Of a stretch of 55,458 nucleotides of DNA, positions 51,773-55,458 are shown in pieces. Within the stretch, counting starts at the first letter, position 1. Each line of letters starts with the position of its first letter. The notes under the pieces were generated by a model. That model made no database searches. It worked only from the letters and a program-made list of their open reading frames with translations, and was not told the DNA's origin. The stretch is taken from sequence record DRR723986_5034. One strand, written 5' to 3'. The position numbers and the translations under genes were made by a program.

Positions 51773-51824
51773 ATTCTCCCTTCTAAGAAAAGAAGATGAC
51801 TATCAGGCCAAAAATGGTGTGAGT

Positions 51825-52817
51825 TTAGCCTGCTTCTTCATCATCAGGCGGAGTGGCGAAACAATCATATCCGTCACGCTTCAATGTAACGCATAAGCTG
51901 ACAGCGGCGTGCAGGCCATCAACCGGCCCAAAAAGCAAACGGTAGCGCCCAGGGCGGTTAGGCGATTCAGATATTTCACCAAAGAGGCCTTCCAGCGTTT
52001 CAGCATGGTCTTGATTGATACGTTCCATTGTCGCTTTGGCATCTGCCTCGCGCATAGCAAAACCAACTTCCAGCCGCCATACCTTGGTCCAGTCTTCCGG
52101 TTTGGCAACCTTTGTGTCTTTTTCGTCTGGCTCCCAGCCTTCAACAAGCAGGTCCATACCAATAAGCTCATCAGTAAAGCCAAGATATTCAAGGCGTTCA
52201 CCGTATATTTGCCCAGCATCACGGGCATTGCCAGGCAATTGCGCGCGCATGGTTAGTTCCGACTGAACAGCATCATTATATCCGGCTTGCGCCGCCCGCC
52301 ATACAAGGCCGTAACCCCGCAGTGGGTCTGGCGTGCGGCCATTTTCGCCGTTCCAATAAATAATGCCCAGCAAATAAGCCGCTTCCGCATTATCTTCGAG
52401 GGCATATGTTTGCCAAATGCCCATTGCTTCTGCAACTTCGGCGTCCGTGCCGTTGCCGTCAAAATACAGAATATTGGCAAGCTTCATCGCCGCCTGTTCA
52501 TTGCCCAACTTGCCCGCAAGGCGGTAATACATCATGGCAACGTCCACCGACTGCTTGCCACCAATGCCAAGGCGCGACATTTCCCCTAAATGATACAAAG
52601 CTTTAGGATTGGCTTGATCAGCGAGGCGTTGGAGAAGGCCCATGCCTTTTTCTGTGTCTTGATTGCGAATGGCGTTTAGCGCATCTTCAATCACCAAGTC
52701 ATCGGCAGTTGTGCTACCGGCAGAAGGGGCGGGCTGGTCTTGCGCCCACAGGCCTGGGGTCGCCGCTAAAGCAAGCGCGAAAAACCCAGAAAATATCCAA
52801 TGAACTGTAACTTTCAT
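51825..52817 (-). CDS. Exported SEL1-repeat + SPOR-domain protein
   Basis: Signal peptide ending LWA; SEL1 repeats (ALYHLGEM...G.G, AAYLLGIIYWNG); C-terminal WRLEVG...YRLLFGP...A..LC..LKRDGYDCF. Confidence 0.82.
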   Translation of the reverse strand: MKVTVHWIFSGFFALALAATPGLWAQDQPAPSAGSTTADDLVIEDALNAIRNQDTEKGMGLLQRLADQANPKALYHLGEMSRLGIGGKQSVDVAMMYYRLAGKLGNEQAAMKLANILYFDGNGTDAEVAEAMGIWQTYALEDNAEAAYLLGIIYWNGENGRTPDPLRGYGLVWRAAQAGYNDAVQSELTMRAQLPGNARDAGQIYGERLEYLGFTDELIGMDLLVEGWEPDEKDTKVAKPEDWTKVWRLEVGFAMREADAKATMERINQDHAETLEGLFGEISESPNRPGRYRLLFGPVDGLHAAVSLCVTLKRDGYDCFATPPDDEEAG

Positions 52818-52840
52818 CAAACAAACCCACAAAAACCAAA

Positions 52841-52924
52841 GCCAAAATTGGCAAAATTAGCGCCAAACTCAATGAAATTAGCACCAAACCGGCAAAAATT
52901 AGAATCCAACTCGCTAAAATTAGA
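52841..52924. repeat. Tandem array of four degenerate 21-bp direct repeats, with more decayed units on each side
   Basis: GCCAAAATTGGCAAAATTAGC / GCCAAACTCAATGAAATTAGC / ACCAAACCGGCAAAAATTAGA / ATCCAACTCGCTAAAATTAGA; invariant AAATTAG at 52854, 52875, 52896, 52917. Confidence 0.85.
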
Positions 52925-53094
52925 CATAAAGTCATCTAAAAAACAAAAATTACTTTAAATCTTCTTTCATCCCTGATGCCTATCCTCTGATTCGATCAGA
53001 CAGATCACCATACAAGTTAATATACAGGCAAAGTCCAAAAGGTTCAAAAGGAACACCGAAATCAGATGCCCGGTTCCTTGCCTTAGGAAAATTA

Positions 53095-54465
53095 ATGTTG
53101 AAACCATCAGGCAAGATCATGGCAATTTTACGTGCGTTCAAACCCTTTTTTGCAAGTTGCGGCGGCATATTGCTCGCAGCCTGTAGTTATGCAAATGCAA
53201 CCCCCCAAGAAGTAACAGCCGCGCTGACATCGCCAGCGGCCCAAGCACCGGGCGGGCTTATATCAATTGCAAACGATATGGCCGCCAAAGGGGACCACGA
53301 AGGCGCCATTCCCCTATTTAGACATCTGGCGACCACAACCCGAAGCCCCGAGGCCTTAACGGGCCTAGCGAATAGCTTGCTGGCAATGGGCAACCTTGAG
53401 GCCGCCTATAGCATCTTATCTGAGCTTGTGAGCGATAATGTTTTAGAGTTGTCTGGAACAACTTACTATATTTACGGCAAAGCAGCACTGGCTTTGGGCA
53501 ACTTTAATACCGCACTGGACGGCTTTTCCCAAGCCCTACCTCTCCTACCTGCAGACCCTCGACCAAAGTCGGGCATGGCAATTGCGCTTGCAGCCACCGG
53601 CGACATTGAAGGCGCTATTGCAACCCTGCAGGGCGTGAAAGACTTCTCTAGTTTATCAAACAAAGCGCTGGTGCTGGCGGCCAGCGGCGAGGCAGATTCG
53701 GCGATTGAAATTTTGGAGCCATTGCTGCGCAGTGGGTCTGCCCAAGCCCGAGACCGCCAAAACCTAGCCATGGCGTACCTGCTTGCTGGCGACGAAGAGC
53801 GCGCTTTTCAAGTGGCCCGGCTTGACCTTGACGCCGCCAGCGTGAATGAAACCTTCACCTTTTATCGGTCACTGGCCAGTTTAGGATATGCCGAGCGCAT
53901 GCAGGCGCTGGTTACCGGCACCATCGACCCGGCGTGGACCAAAGCCAAAATAGCCAACTTATCGCTCGAGGAAACCACAAGCCGCCAGTTCGCTGCCCAG
54001 CGAATGGTTGCCATAGACCCCAAGCCCCTCGTGGCCGAGGCACATAAAGAAACTACGTTTGATAAAAAAGTTACGCGGGCCAACTATGAGCCTGGCGACG
54101 TACCACCCCTGTTAGAGCCCGAAGGCTGGGCGCTGCAAATCGGCGCATACCGCAGCTTAAAACGCTTAACCGATGGCTGGGCCATTTTGTATGAACGCAA
54201 CATCGATATTTTGAAGGATATTCCCCCGCGCCGGTCTGAGCGAGATTTCGGTACCCGCAGCGAAGGACCATCAGGCTTTTATTTCCGCCTGAACGCCGGA
54301 CCGCTTAAAACATTGGCCGAGGCAAAAACTTTGTGCACAGAACTGCGCAACCGCGGCACCAGCTGTTGGATACGGCCACCAGAGAGCAGCGAGGGTAAGT
54401 TGCCCACCACTAAAAAGGCGCAAAACGACCAAAAAGCTGAAAAACCAGATGCAGCCAGCCGGTAA
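53095..54465 (+). CDS. TPR + SPOR-domain lipoprotein (TadD-like TPR region)
   Basis: Lipobox LLAA-C; TPRs including RQNLAMAYLLAGD; SPOR WALQIGAY...FRLNAGPL...A..LC..LR.RGTSCW; start may be ATG 53119. Confidence 0.85.
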   Translation: MLKPSGKIMAILRAFKPFFASCGGILLAACSYANATPQEVTAALTSPAAQAPGGLISIANDMAAKGDHEGAIPLFRHLATTTRSPEALTGLANSLLAMGNLEAAYSILSELVSDNVLELSGTTYYIYGKAALALGNFNTALDGFSQALPLLPADPRPKSGMAIALAATGDIEGAIATLQGVKDFSSLSNKALVLAASGEADSAIEILEPLLRSGSAQARDRQNLAMAYLLAGDEERAFQVARLDLDAASVNETFTFYRSLASLGYAERMQALVTGTIDPAWTKAKIANLSLEETTSRQFAAQRMVAIDPKPLVAEAHKETTFDKKVTRANYEPGDVPPLLEPEGWALQIGAYRSLKRLTDGWAILYERNIDILKDIPPRRSERDFGTRSEGPSGFYFRLNAGPLKTLAEAKTLCTELRNRGTSCWIRPPESSEGKLPTTKKAQNDQKAEKPDAASR

Positions 54466-54611
54466 CGCACGTTGCCGGTACTCCGCACCCTTTAAAATTT
54501 TTCTTGATGCTCTCCCTGGGCTCGCGCACACTAGGGGTAGGTGCCCATTTGGGGCCTTTGGTATTGTTTTGAAGTAAACCAACCCTTTTCATTACGGTAC
54601 CGAAACACTAT

Positions 54612-54635
54612 GACCACGCTCATAAAGGAGGTGTC
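54612..54635 (+). promoter_or_regulatory. ROSE-like SD-sequestering hairpin
   Basis: CAC(G)CTC pairs with GAGGTG of the SD, leaving a bulged G, just before the hsp20 ATG. Confidence 0.5.
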
Positions 54636-54637
54636 CC

Positions 54638-55048
54638 ATGTCGCGCATGTCTGTGTTTAACAGCCCGTTTTTACTGGGTTTTGATCAATTGGAAGACCTG
54701 CTCGACAGCGTTGCCAAAAACGCGGGCGAAGGCTACCCCCCCTATAATATTGAACATATGGGCGATGAAGCGATTCGCATCACGCTGGCGGTTGCCGGCT
54801 TCACCCAGGATGATGTAGCCATTTCTCTGGAAGACAACCAGTTGATCATTCGCGGCAAACAGGGCGAAGTGCCCGCAGGCAAAGAGTTTCTGCACCGCGG
54901 CATTGCTGCTCGCCAGTTTGTACGCAAATTTGTTCTGGCCGACGGCATGGAAGTAACCGACGCCTTCATGGAAAACGGCCTATTACACATAGACCTGCAC
55001 CGCCCCACCTTAGAGCCCGTGATTAAGACCATCCCGATCAGGGTGTAA
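54638..55048 (+). CDS. Small heat-shock protein (Hsp20/IbpA-like)
   Basis: LLGFD, YPPYNIE, TLAVAGF, FLHRGIAARQF, NGLLHIDL, IPI tail. Confidence 0.95.
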   Translation: MSRMSVFNSPFLLGFDQLEDLLDSVAKNAGEGYPPYNIEHMGDEAIRITLAVAGFTQDDVAISLEDNQLIIRGKQGEVPAGKEFLHRGIAARQFVRKFVLADGMEVTDAFMENGLLHIDLHRPTLEPVIKTIPIRV

Positions 55049-55052
55049 GCCA

Positions 55053-55458
55053 TTGCACCAGCATCACGGCACGATTAGCAAACAAACAAGGGGCCAAGGC
55101 TGCTATGAAATCACCCGGGATGTGGCGGCGTTTGTGGCTGAAAGCGGGGTGCAAAACGGGGTGCTGACGCTCCTTATTCAGCACACGTCGGCGTCACTGA
55201 CGATTCAGGAAAATGCTGACCCGGATGTGCAAGCCGACCTAACGGCAGCGTTGGACAGGCTAGCGCCCGAAAGCATCCAGCTTTACCGCCACAATGCCGA
55301 AGGGCCAGACGACATGCCCGCGCACATCAAAGCTGCGCTCACGGACCCATCACTTTCCATCCCGGTGATGGATGGGCGCATGCGCCTTGGCACATGGCAG
55401 GGCATTTATGTGCTCGAGCACAGACGACACGGGCATGAGCGCCGCATCGCTTGCCATG
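55053..55458 (+). CDS. yjbQ: YjbQ (UPF0047) family protein, truncated by window end (not in ORF track)
   Basis: Manual translation from TTG 55053 gives HTSASLTIQENADPDV, EGPDDMPAHIKA, LGTWQGIY. Confidence 0.92.
   Translation, partial: MHQHHGTISKQTRGQGCYEITRDVAAFVAESGVQNGVLTLLIQHTSASLTIQENADPDVQADLTAALDRLAPESIQLYRHNAEGPDDMPAHIKAALTDPSLSIPVMDGRMRLGTWQGIYVLEHRRHGHERRIACH

Noticed and set aside
52841-52924. Repeat array as a CRISPR
   Set aside because: Units are only 21 bp, tandem and degenerate, with no unique spacers of CRISPR length and no cas genes
54503-54532. RpoH promoter for hsp20 (CTTGAT...CGCACAC)
   Set aside because: The -10 match is too weak to call

Overview
Chromosomal segment of an alphaproteobacterium (gene order and sequences suggest a Kordiimonadales/Sphingomonadales-like lineage; inference only). 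Mostly housekeeping genes: a divergent TPP-dependent E1 alpha/beta pair, an Rrf2-sufBCDS-sufT-sufA operon, arfB, hemC-hemD-Mic60-like-hemY divergent from tsaD-gpsA-yciI-EVE-Rieske, acs, rpmI-rplT-pheST, a stress/detox block (5'-nucleotidase-like, signal-peptide KatG, methyltransferase/LysR, cupin, GST/TetR), aroA-(2-gene insert)-cmk-rpsA-ihfB-lapA-pyrF, tRNA-Ala(GGC), a large beta-propeller amidohydrolase, a GT4, hsp20 and yjbQ. I see no integrase, transposase, prophage, CRISPR or rRNA. The best candidate for an undescribed system is at 50.4-54.5 kb: an orphan ParA ATPase with a small ribbon-helix-helix partner (type Ib partition-like, no ParB in the window), a + strand double hairpin, and two divergent SEL1/TPR-SPOR envelope proteins separated by a helically phased 21-bp direct-repeat array. 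Several candidate cis-regulatory RNAs and operators are also visible.
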